NCBI GenBank assembly: GCA_963712235.1 | Contig: CAVQHC010000017.1 | Span: 42,754-106,753, forward strand | DNA from: an uncultured delta proteobacterium | GTDB taxonomy: Bacteria; Myxococcota_A; Polyangia; Polyangiales; Houyiibacteriaceae | Reading direction: 5' to 3' | Length of the DNA: 64,000 nt | Shown here: positions 38,860-47,463 of the stretch, piece after piece | How the letters are laid out: each line of letters starts with the position of its first letter | How positions within the stretch are numbered: position 1 is the first letter of the stretch | Made by a program: the position numbers and the translations under genes | The notes under the pieces: model-generated | What the model saw: only the letters and a program-made list of their open reading frames with translations | The model's database searches: none | What the model was told of the DNA's origin: nothing

Positions 38860-40139
38860 CTCAAGCGTGGGTTGCGGGTGATCAGGATCAGCATCTGGCC
38901 CTCCTGTGCGGCACGTTCGGGCACCTCAACGATCAGATCCCACATTCCGGGCTTCGCATCCAGCGCCAGGGTCTGCGTGCGCCGGCGAACGCAGCGCTCC
39001 CCCCTTTCGTCGACGCGAACCCAAAGAACACGGTGCTTGTAGCCCGCGAGGTCGAGCGCAGAGGCGCGGAGGCGCGTGCGCTCCGTCAGCTCGACCCGGT
39101 GCCGGTAGAGGCGCGAGTTGGGTTTCAGAGAGCCGCAGTTTTTGGGGAGGGTTTCGGCGAGGGGGAGAGAGGGTTTGGTGGAGAGGGCGGAGAAGGGGAT
39201 GGGGATAGGGGTAGGGGTAGGGGTAGTGTCAGTGCCAGCGTCAGTGTCAGTGTCAGTGTCAGTGTCAGTGCCGGCGCCGGCGTCAGTGCCAGCGTCAGTG
39301 CCAGCGTCAGTGCCGGTGCCGGCGTCAGTGTCAGTGTCAGTGTCCCCAGCTCCCACTGCCTTCCTCAACGCATCCAACATCTGCAGCGTCAATAGGTTCC
39401 TCAAATTGTTTCCGTATTGGAGGCCCTTGTCCGTCAGCTGGCATGCGGCCTTGAGGCCGCCCTCGCCTAGGACGTTTGGATGGACGCCGTCTCGGGCTAG
39501 GCCTTTGCGGGGGAGCGCGCTCAGGGCCGCGTTGTAGTCGATGTACGGGAGCGACCAGTGCTTGGCGACGGCTTTGGTGATCGCGTTGAAGCGGCTGATC
39601 CAGCGATTCTTGTGCGTGTTTCTTCTTGGCAGCGCGGCGCCGAGGATGGGGACGACGCCCATCGCGGCGAGCTCTTCGACCAGGTACACCAGGCGCTTCG
39701 CATAGACCCGCTCGTTTTCGTTTTGCGCGTCGTTGCCGCCGAACAAGATCAGCGCCCAGCGTGCTTGGGTCTGCTCGATCTCGTGTCGGTAACTGGCCGG
39801 GCGGCCACCGAGGACGTAGCGAAGGTTCCAGCTCACCCCGGCGGCTTCGCTTTCCCGGTTAAACGAGTTGCGCCGGCCGGTGGCGAAGTAGTTCACGGTC
39901 TCGGCCAGATCCTGGTGCTCGCCAAGCTCTACGTACGAGGTCGCGAAGCAGTGCAGGAATGCTCTGCTGGCCACGCTGGAGCCGCCCATCTTCGAAAACG
40001 CATCGTCGCGCAGCTCCGGGTTGCGCGCATGGATCTGTCGAACGTGCGCGGTGACTTCGGCGCTGAGGGCCTCGGGTTCGGCTCGAGCGCTTCCGGCGAC
40101 GAGCAGCGTCACAAAGCAAGCAAGGGTCGCTGATTTCAT
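38856..40139 (-). CDS. SGNH/GDSL-family hydrolase with (T-D/A-G)n linker and C-terminal beta-rich domain
   Basis: Signal MKSATLACFVTLLVAGSARA. ILFGGNDAQ and DGVHPN SGNH blocks. Linker GDTDTDTDAGTGTDAGTDAGTDAGAGTDTDTDTDTDAGTDTTPTPTPIPIP. ATGA overlaps at both ends. Confidence 0.7.
   Translation of the reverse strand: MKSATLACFVTLLVAGSARAEPEALSAEVTAHVRQIHARNPELRDDAFSKMGGSSVASRAFLHCFATSYVELGEHQDLAETVNYFATGRRNSFNRESEAAGVSWNLRYVLGGRPASYRHEIEQTQARWALILFGGNDAQNENERVYAKRLVYLVEELAAMGVVPILGAALPRRNTHKNRWISRFNAITKAVAKHWSLPYIDYNAALSALPRKGLARDGVHPNVLGEGGLKAACQLTDKGLQYGNNLRNLLTLQMLDALRKAVGAGDTDTDTDAGTGTDAGTDAGTDAGAGTDTDTDTDTDAGTDTTPTPTPIPIPFSALSTKPSLPLAETLPKNCGSLKPNSRLYRHRVELTERTRLRASALDLAGYKHRVLWVRVDERGERCVRRRTQTLALDAKPGMWDLIVEVPERAAQEGQMLILITRNPRLR
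39227..39345. repeat. Hexanucleotide array (GTCAGT/GCCAGC type) used as a coding linker
   Basis: gtcagtgccagcgtcagtgtcagtgtcagtgtcagtgtcagtgccggcgccggcgtcagtgccagc... lies in frame within the SGNH hydrolase gene. Confidence 0.85.
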
Positions 40140-41014
40140 TGAATGGCGCTCGAGGGGATCACGAAGAGCCGGCTTGGCTGGCCGGTGGCGGTGCGGTGCT
40201 GGTTGTCGGTGAGGACGACCGCCGAACCATCGTCCATCCAGACCAGCCCTTCGAAGTTCGGCAGCGGCGAGATGAGCTTGGCCAAGTCGGCGGCAAGCGT
40301 GGGCTCGATCCACTGCCCTTGTGGGCCGCGAGGGATCGGAAAGCGAAGGAGGCGCGAGACGCCGTAATGCCGCTCCACGGCGAGGGCGACGATCGAAGCA
40401 CCGACGAGCCTGCAGCTCAGTGCCGCGAGCTTCCCCGTCTCAGTGGTCATCCGTACCCGGTGCGCGGTCCACGCCTGCGTCTTCGGGTCGAACATTCCGA
40501 CCGGCGCCCAGCGGCCCTCGCGCTGCTGTTCCACGAGCTCGGTCGCCACCACGAAGAGGCCATCTACGTGACAAATCCCCTCGATGCCACGGTTATCTGG
40601 AGCCGTGAGCTGCCAGCGGGCGTAGTCGAGGTTGCCGACCGGAACGACGACGAATCGCCCTGCGTCGAGCCGGCCGTCGAGGATGATGTCGCTGAGGCGT
40701 CCCTTCTCCTGGGTTTCGGTGCCGAGCAGGAAACGCGTCCCGTCGACCCAGGCCATCGCCTCGAGATCGGTGCCGGGCGGCGCGCCGACGACCGGGTAGC
40801 GGGTGACGCCAAAGGTCTGAGGGTCGATCCGGAGCACCGATTCTGCATCTTCGCCTGGCGCCCAGAACGCGCCGTGATCGTCCACGGTGAGCCCAGACAA
40901 GCCGGGCACCTCGGACCGGAGCGTAACGATGCGCCCTGGGCCCCGTGGCTCCTTTTTGGTGCAGCCAGCGCAGGCGAGCAGCAGCGCCACGGCAACCGCC
41001 GCCCAGCCGGACAC
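40136..41014 (-). CDS. Hypothetical lipoprotein (possibly beta-propeller, phytase/SdiA-regulated-like)
   Basis: GTG start. MSGWAAVAVALLLACAGC lipobox. Repeated D-G/W-x-G strand-like segments. The family call is tentative. Confidence 0.5.
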   Translation of the reverse strand: MSGWAAVAVALLLACAGCTKKEPRGPGRIVTLRSEVPGLSGLTVDDHGAFWAPGEDAESVLRIDPQTFGVTRYPVVGAPPGTDLEAMAWVDGTRFLLGTETQEKGRLSDIILDGRLDAGRFVVVPVGNLDYARWQLTAPDNRGIEGICHVDGLFVVATELVEQQREGRWAPVGMFDPKTQAWTAHRVRMTTETGKLAALSCRLVGASIVALAVERHYGVSRLLRFPIPRGPQGQWIEPTLAADLAKLISPLPNFEGLVWMDDGSAVVLTDNQHRTATGQPSRLFVIPSSAIQ

Positions 41015-41016
41015 GA

Positions 41017-42333
41017 TCAGCGAACCGCTTCGAGCACGGCCGCGGCGCCTAGGCCGCCTGCCGCGCAGATCCCGAGCAACGCGGTTTGTCTTCCACTGTT
41101 CGCCAGCTCGTTCGCAACAGTCGTCACCATCCGCGCGCCAGTGGCACCGAAGGGATGACCGATCGAAAGCGAACCGCCGTAGATGTTGAAGTTCTCTTCG
41201 TCGATCTCGCCCACGGCCTTGCTCTTGCCCAGCCTAACCTCGGCGAAGCCTTTGCTCGCAAGCGCCTTGGTGACCGAAAGCACCTGAGCCGCGAACGCTT
41301 CGTGCATGTCGACGAGGTCGATGTCCTTGAGCTCCATCCGGGCCCGGTCGAGCGCCTTGGGCATCGCGATCGCGGGGCCGATGAGCAGCTGGTCCGCCGG
41401 GTCGACGCCGACGTACGCCCAGCTTCGGAAAGCCGCGAGCGGTTTGTACCCGAGCGCGCGCGCCTTCTCCTCGCTCATCAGCAAGACGGCGGCCGCGCCA
41501 TCGGTCAACGGGGACGCGTTGCCCGCTGTCACGGTGCCGTCCTTTGCAAACACCGGGCGGAGCTTCGCGAGCTTCTCGACGTTGGTGTCGCCACGTACGA
41601 TGTTGTCGGCGTGCACCCAGCCCTCCGGTGTTTCCACGGCGGTCACCTCGGCATCGAAGCGCCCCGAGGCGATCGCTTCGGCAGCGCGGTGATGCGAACG
41701 CGCCGCAAAACGGTCCTGCGCCTCGCGCGAGATCTCGTTGCGCCGCGCCATCGATTCTGCGGACTCGCCCATGACCTCGCCGGTCGTTCGCTCCGCGATT
41801 TTGGGCATTTTTGGAAGGATGTCGGTGATCGGCATCATCTGAGCCAAAACCCCGAGGTAGTCCGCGGGCGTGGCCGCCTTGCCAAACGCTAGCGGGGCCA
41901 GCGCGTGAACCGCCTTTTGGGGCAGGTTGAGCGGCGCATTGCTCGTGGAGTCCGAGCCACCGGCGATCACGACATCGGCCTCGCCGCGCTCGATCGCCGC
42001 GGCTGCGAGAGTGACGGCCTGCAGACCCGATGCACAGGCGCGCGTGCAGGTCATGCCTTCGACGCTCGGAGGCAGGCGCAGGTCGAGTGCGATTTCGCGC
42101 GCGATGTTCGGCGCGTGTGACGGCAAAATGACGCCGCCCCAAACGATGCTGTCGAGCTCTTGGTGGGAAAGGTCGGTGCGCTCGAGCAGCGACCGGACCG
42201 CGATGTCCCCCAAGTCGATGCTGTCGAGCTTGAGATACTTTCCAAACGCTTTTACGAACGGGGTGCGGACGCCGGCCACGATGACCGCGCGCTGCTTTTT
42301 GCCCCAACCATTTTTTTTCTTGGCCATGCTCAT
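41017..42333 (-). CDS. Acetyl-CoA C-acyltransferase (thiolase, FadA2/FadI-like)
   Basis: CTRACASGLQAV active-site Cys. C-terminal GGSLSIGHPFGATGARM and GICAAGG. ATGA overlap with the upstream reductase. Confidence 0.88.
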   Translation of the reverse strand: MSMAKKKNGWGKKQRAVIVAGVRTPFVKAFGKYLKLDSIDLGDIAVRSLLERTDLSHQELDSIVWGGVILPSHAPNIAREIALDLRLPPSVEGMTCTRACASGLQAVTLAAAAIERGEADVVIAGGSDSTSNAPLNLPQKAVHALAPLAFGKAATPADYLGVLAQMMPITDILPKMPKIAERTTGEVMGESAESMARRNEISREAQDRFAARSHHRAAEAIASGRFDAEVTAVETPEGWVHADNIVRGDTNVEKLAKLRPVFAKDGTVTAGNASPLTDGAAAVLLMSEEKARALGYKPLAAFRSWAYVGVDPADQLLIGPAIAMPKALDRARMELKDIDLVDMHEAFAAQVLSVTKALASKGFAEVRLGKSKAVGEIDEENFNIYGGSLSIGHPFGATGARMVTTVANELANSGRQTALLGICAAGGLGAAAVLEAVR

Positions 42334-43754
42334 GCTCCTACGAGTGCGCCGCCACAGACACGAACGGTCTCACCGGTCAGGCCTACGGCGCCAGGGGTTG
42401 CTAGAAAAGTGATCGCCTGACCCACGTCTTCGGGCGTGCCTCCCTGCCCGACGGCGGACATGCGGCGCGCGACCTCACGAATCGCTACGGGCATCGCGTT
42501 GGTCAGCCGTGTCTCGATGAAACCTGGGGCGATCGCGTTGACCGTGATGCCCTTTTTCGCGACCTTGGCGGCAAGCGCTTTCACGAAGCCGACGATGCCC
42601 GCTTTGCCCGCCGAATAGTTGGTTTGGCCGCGGTTTCCGGCGATGCCTGAGACCGAGGAGAGGCAAATGATCCGTCCGCCCGGCCGCAGCACCTCGTCCC
42701 GGAGAAGTCGATCGGTGATGCGGATGACGGCGCCGAGGTTGATGTCGACCGCCATTTCCCAGGCGTCCGGCTGCATGCGCCCGAGGGTCTTGTCGCGCGT
42801 CACCCCCGCGTTGTGTACGACGATGTCCACGCCGCCGAATCGCTCTTTGAGCTCGGCGGCGATTCGGTCGGGTGCATCCACGTCGGTGATGTCGACCAGA
42901 AGCGTCGAGCCGCCGATGCGCTGCGCCACCTGGCTGCACGGGGCGTCGTCGGCTGGCCGGTCGAGACAAACCACGTGCGCGCCCTCCGCGGCGAGAAGCT
43001 CGGCCGTGGCTTCGCCGATTCCTCGCGCCGCGCCGGTGACCAGAGCGACCTTACCGCCGAGCACGTGCGTGTCGGGCGCCTGTTCGCCCTGGGCGAGGGT
43101 CGTGACGTGAAACGGCTGGCAGCTGATGAACGCCGACCTCGGAGATAGGAGAAAACGAAGAACCGCGTCGAGTCGCGCCTCTGCGCCCTTCTGCACGAAC
43201 ACGCTGTTGGCGATGGAGCCGTTGCCTCCGATTTCCTTCGCAAGGCTTCGCGTGAAGCCCTCGAGGCCCGCGCGCGTGGCGGCGTGCGCTGGCTTTTTCG
43301 CGTCTGCCGCCGGACGGCCGATCACTACGACGCGGCCCGACGGGTTGAGTCGGCGAATCCACGGATGGATGAACTCGTAGAGCTGCTGAAGGTCGTCCGG
43401 GGTTTCGAGGCCCGTACCGTCAAACACGATGGCGTCGATGCGCTCGCCCTCTGGGGCCTCGCCCGGCGCCACGAGCTGCGGGGCCCGCGCCCAGGCTTCG
43501 CCTGGTCCCACAAACGGCTCGATCGCAGCCTCCGAGGTGCCGATCACCCGGGGGTAGGCGCCTGCTTTGGTGAGGCTCTGGGCAAGGACGCTCTGCAGCT
43601 CACCGACCCCGCACACGAGCACCTTCTTGTCGTCGAGCGGTCGCTCCTCATAGGGCCCTTTGGCCCGCGCAAGTTTCTCCGGCACGGGGATAGGAAGGCC
43701 AAGAGTCTTGACCAGTTTTCGCGCGTTCGCGTTCTCGAGCAGAAAATCCGACAT
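42330..43754 (-). CDS. Two-domain (high-molecular-weight, FabG4-like) 3-oxoacyl reductase
   Basis: 474 aa. N-terminal non-catalytic Rossmann-like half. C-terminal GKVALVTGAARGIGEA, NAGVTRD, YSAGKAG. Confidence 0.85.
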   Translation of the reverse strand: MSDFLLENANARKLVKTLGLPIPVPEKLARAKGPYEERPLDDKKVLVCGVGELQSVLAQSLTKAGAYPRVIGTSEAAIEPFVGPGEAWARAPQLVAPGEAPEGERIDAIVFDGTGLETPDDLQQLYEFIHPWIRRLNPSGRVVVIGRPAADAKKPAHAATRAGLEGFTRSLAKEIGGNGSIANSVFVQKGAEARLDAVLRFLLSPRSAFISCQPFHVTTLAQGEQAPDTHVLGGKVALVTGAARGIGEATAELLAAEGAHVVCLDRPADDAPCSQVAQRIGGSTLLVDITDVDAPDRIAAELKERFGGVDIVVHNAGVTRDKTLGRMQPDAWEMAVDINLGAVIRITDRLLRDEVLRPGGRIICLSSVSGIAGNRGQTNYSAGKAGIVGFVKALAAKVAKKGITVNAIAPGFIETRLTNAMPVAIREVARRMSAVGQGGTPEDVGQAITFLATPGAVGLTGETVRVCGGALVGA

Positions 43755-43760
43755 TTGAGC

Positions 43761-44657
43761 TCAGCTCCTCACTGAATAGGTTCCAACTAGATAGGCAGGG
43801 CCGCCGGGCGCGTCCCCCACAAACACACTGTCATCTTCGATGTAGAGACCGACCTTGGCCGGAAGGACCAAAGGCTTGGTGAACTTCACGTCGATCGATT
43901 CGAGCCTGCTGACGTCACCGGACAAGAGCGAACGGTTCAGGCCTTCGATCGCACGCGCCATCGTCGAGAACCCGTGATTGATGATGTTGCGAAAGCCATT
44001 GGCGCGCGCGGCTGGCGGAATCCAGTGGATTGGATTGAAGTCGCCGGTGAGCTTGGCGAACTCCAGGCCGACGTTGGTGCTGAGCCTCCAGCGGTCCAGC
44101 TCTTTGGCCATGGCCGGAACGCGCGGACGGTCATCCTTGCGTTTGGCAGACTTGTCGCCGCCTCCAAGCGGGACGATGCCGTACACGTCGCAGACGATCG
44201 CTTCGGGGTGCGTCGAGGTAGACGTGGTCGCGCGCTGATGGATGACCGCGCGGCGTCCGTTGTCGTCGATGTCGAGAAGCTGCACCTTGAGCTCGTAGGG
44301 TTCACCGAGCGGAAGCGGCGCGTTCATCTGCAAGCGGCTTCCACCGTTGAGCACACGCTGGATCGGGTACTGCAGCCCTTCGATGCCGCGCGCCTGCAGA
44401 GGGAAGACCCATTGGGGGAACAGATGGGCAGGGACCTGACCACGGTACCAGGCCGGGTCGCCGCCGACGTGCCGGATGTAGTCGCGCACCAGATCGGCGG
44501 GCCGCGGAGGAATTCGGGCCGAGACGATGGGGCCCGGGACCTCGGCCGGCGCCTTGTTCGGCTGCCCGGACGCGCTCTTCACCGCCACGAAGGCCGCGCG
44601 AGCAAGGGCGCCGAGCATCGGCCCCTGATGGAGGATGTAACGCGTAGGTACCGCCAT
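43761..44657 (-). CDS. MaoC-like (R)-specific hydratase/dehydratase, double hotdog (HtdX-like)
   Basis: Hydratase-2 motif AKLTGDFNPIHWIPPAARANG. GGGAGAA RBS before ATG 44657. The track ORF extends to 45269, but that part is antisense to the peptidase gene. Confidence 0.8.
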   Translation of the reverse strand: MAVPTRYILHQGPMLGALARAAFVAVKSASGQPNKAPAEVPGPIVSARIPPRPADLVRDYIRHVGGDPAWYRGQVPAHLFPQWVFPLQARGIEGLQYPIQRVLNGGSRLQMNAPLPLGEPYELKVQLLDIDDNGRRAVIHQRATTSTSTHPEAIVCDVYGIVPLGGGDKSAKRKDDRPRVPAMAKELDRWRLSTNVGLEFAKLTGDFNPIHWIPPAARANGFRNIINHGFSTMARAIEGLNRSLLSGDVSRLESIDVKFTKPLVLPAKVGLYIEDDSVFVGDAPGGPAYLVGTYSVRS

Positions 44658-44765
44658 ATCGATTCTCCCGGTTGGCCGGTGCGGTGGAGCGCCTGCCGCC
44701 CGACCCGGCTCTCTACCATTTGGTAGGTAGCCGCGCAAACCCGGTGCCGCTGCTAGGCTTCCCCG

Positions 44766-46793
44766 ATGCCTAACCCGTTGATCCAACTCGGATTCGAGAT
44801 CCCCTTCGACCAGATCGAGGCCGCGCACGTGGAACCGGCGGTCGACGAGCTGCTCGCAAAGGCACGTGCGGCCGTCGACGAGATCGTGACAAACGACGCG
44901 CCCCGCAGCTACGCCAACACCCTCCGCGCCGTCGAGGAAGCCACCGAGATGCTCGAACGGGCGTCGACGGTCGTCGGCCACCTCGAAAGCGTGGCAAGCA
45001 GCGAGGCGCTGCGTGCCGCGTACAACGCGACCCATCCGAAGGTGAGTGCGTTCTGGTCCGAGCTCGCGATGAACGACGGTCTCTATCAGGCCGTTCGCGC
45101 CTTTGCGCACGCCGATGAAGCGGCGGCGCTCCCAGCGACCGAGAAGCGCTTCTTGAAAAAGACACTCGACGACTTTCGAAGGCACGGGGCCGAGCTCAAC
45201 GCCGAGGAGAAGGCGCGGCTTCAAGAGATCGAAATCGAGCTCACCAAGCTCACGACGGAGTTCTCCCAAAACGTCTTAGACGAAACCAATGCCTTCGAGC
45301 TCTTGATCAGCGACGAAAGCAAGCTTGCCGGTTTACCCGACAGTGCGAAGCAAGCGGCCGCGGAAAACGCGCGCGCAAAGGACTTGGGGGGCTGTCGGTT
45401 CACGCTCCACGCGCCGAGCATGATCCCCGTGCTGACCTACTTGGACGACGCGAGCATCCGCGAGCAGGTTTGGCGCGCCTACAACAGCCGTGCGGTCTCC
45501 GGCGAACGCGACAACCGCCAGGTCATCGCACGGGTTCTCGAGCTTCGCCGGGCCAAGGCCGAGCTGCTCGGATACGCAGATTTTGCAGACCTGGTGACCG
45601 AAGATCGAATGGCCAAAGCGGGCGCCAAGGCCAAAGCGTTCATCGATGATCTGCGCCAACGCACCGAGGAAGCGTTCCACCGCGAGAATCGAGAGCTCGA
45701 GTCGTTTCGCAAAGAGCTCGAAGGCGACTCGGCCCCCGCGCTCGAACCCTGGGACATCGCCTACTACTCGGAGAAGCAGCGGCAGGCGAAATACGACTTC
45801 AACGAGGAAGAGCTCCGTCCGTATTTCCCACTCGACCGCGTGCTCCAGGGCCTCTTCGCAACCGCGCAGGCGCTCTATGAAATCGAGATCGTCGAGCGAG
45901 ACGCGAAAGTCTGGGACCCGGAGGTCAAATCCTATGCCATCCACGATCGGGACGGCACGATGATCGCGGCCTTCTACGTCGACCTGTTTCCGCGTGAGAA
46001 CAAGCGCGGCGGCGCCTGGATGAACTCGCTCATCAGCGCGGCGTATCGCGAGGGGCAGCCGGTGCCGCAGCTCGGGCTGTTTTGCGCCAACGTCAATCCG
46101 CCGGTCGGCGGCAAACCCGCGCTCCTGACGCATCGGGAGGTCGAGACCCTCTTTCACGAGTTCGGCCACCTGCTGCACCACTGCTTCAGCCAAGTGACTG
46201 TGCGGAGCCTCGCCGGCACCAACGTCGCCTGGGACTTCGTGGAGCTGCCTTCGCAGATCATGGAGAACTGGTGTTGGGAGCGGAGCGGCCTCGATCTCTT
46301 CGCTGCGCACTACGAAACCGGCGAACGGATCCCGGACGCGCTCTACGAGAAGATGGTCCGGGCGAGGACCTACCGCGCCGCCAACGCACAGATGCGGCAG
46401 CTCGGCTTCTCAGCGGTCGATCTCGCCCTCCACCGAGACTACGACCCAGCTCGCGATGGCGACGTCATGGCTTACGCCAGAGCGATCATCGAAGCGCACT
46501 CGGCGACGACACTTCCCGACGACTACGCGATGCTGGCGGGGTTCGGGCACGTCTTCGCTCACCCCACGGGCTACGCTTCTGGTTACTACAGCTACAAGTG
46601 GGCCGAGGTGCTCGACGCGGACGCGTTCACGCGTTTCAAGCGGGAAGGCATCACCAATCCCGAGGTCGGGCGCGCGTTCCGCGATGCGATCCTATCGAAG
46701 GGCAACAGTGAAGAAGCCGAGAAGCTCTACGAGGACTTCATGGGCAGGGGCCCGAAGCTCGATCCGCTGCTCGAGCGGACCGGGCTTGCGTAG
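44766..46793 (+). CDS. M3-family oligopeptidase (oligopeptidase A / Dcp-like)
   Basis: HEFGHLLHH zinc motif. 675 aa. FVELPSQIMENW and GGAWM family blocks. Confidence 0.88.
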   Translation: MPNPLIQLGFEIPFDQIEAAHVEPAVDELLAKARAAVDEIVTNDAPRSYANTLRAVEEATEMLERASTVVGHLESVASSEALRAAYNATHPKVSAFWSELAMNDGLYQAVRAFAHADEAAALPATEKRFLKKTLDDFRRHGAELNAEEKARLQEIEIELTKLTTEFSQNVLDETNAFELLISDESKLAGLPDSAKQAAAENARAKDLGGCRFTLHAPSMIPVLTYLDDASIREQVWRAYNSRAVSGERDNRQVIARVLELRRAKAELLGYADFADLVTEDRMAKAGAKAKAFIDDLRQRTEEAFHRENRELESFRKELEGDSAPALEPWDIAYYSEKQRQAKYDFNEEELRPYFPLDRVLQGLFATAQALYEIEIVERDAKVWDPEVKSYAIHDRDGTMIAAFYVDLFPRENKRGGAWMNSLISAAYREGQPVPQLGLFCANVNPPVGGKPALLTHREVETLFHEFGHLLHHCFSQVTVRSLAGTNVAWDFVELPSQIMENWCWERSGLDLFAAHYETGERIPDALYEKMVRARTYRAANAQMRQLGFSAVDLALHRDYDPARDGDVMAYARAIIEAHSATTLPDDYAMLAGFGHVFAHPTGYASGYYSYKWAEVLDADAFTRFKREGITNPEVGRAFRDAILSKGNSEEAEKLYEDFMGRGPKLDPLLERTGLA

Positions 46794-46801
46794 TCGGGTG
46801 C

Positions 46802-47404
46802 TCACTCGGCGACGGCGCGCAGGTCGACGGAGACGGTGATGTCATTGGCGACTTTCAAGCGCACGATCGACGGAACCGAAATGTCGTGATCTTCGAGCAC
46901 CACGGTGAAGTCTGCCTTGATTCGAAGCTGCTCGCCGGACCAGTTCACGGTTCCCTTGGCGAGCACCGGCTGGCTGACTCCGTGCGCGGTGAACTTGCCC
47001 TTGACCTGCACCTTGCGGTCCTTGCCTGACTTGAGCTCCGGCGAATCCTTCTTGCCGAGAATGACTTCCGTGATCTCGAAATGAATGTTCGGGTACTTCT
47101 TCGCATCGAGCCAACCATCGCCCTGGAGGTGCTCGTCGCGCAGATCGTTATCGGTGCGCAACGACACCACGGGCGCCTTGAAGGAGCCCGTCGTCTTGCG
47201 GATGTCCGCCGGGTCGATGCTGAGGCTACCGCTGACTTTCGCACTCTTGCCGACCATGGTCTCGAGCGGAGCGTCCGAGACGAAGGTCGCTTTGCCCTTG
47301 CCATTCGCCGGCACGACAAACGTCGTCGCGTCGGCCTGAGAGGCCGCCGGCACCGCCAAGCACGCGGCTAAGATCAGACTGACTCCGGTAGCATTCTTCA
47401 TCAT
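46802..47404 (-). CDS. YceI-family periplasmic protein
   Basis: Signal MMKNATGVSLILAACLAVPAASQA. SLRTDNDLRDEHLQGDGWLDAKKYPNIHF and KGKFTAHGVSQPV. GGGGGAG RBS. Confidence 0.8.
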   Translation of the reverse strand: MMKNATGVSLILAACLAVPAASQADATTFVVPANGKGKATFVSDAPLETMVGKSAKVSGSLSIDPADIRKTTGSFKAPVVSLRTDNDLRDEHLQGDGWLDAKKYPNIHFEITEVILGKKDSPELKSGKDRKVQVKGKFTAHGVSQPVLAKGTVNWSGEQLRIKADFTVVLEDHDISVPSIVRLKVANDITVSVDLRAVAE

Positions 47405-47463
47405 TCGTTCGCTCCCCCTTGCCTTCAGTATGCCGGTTTTGGACGGCAGCTTCACCCCCGTAT

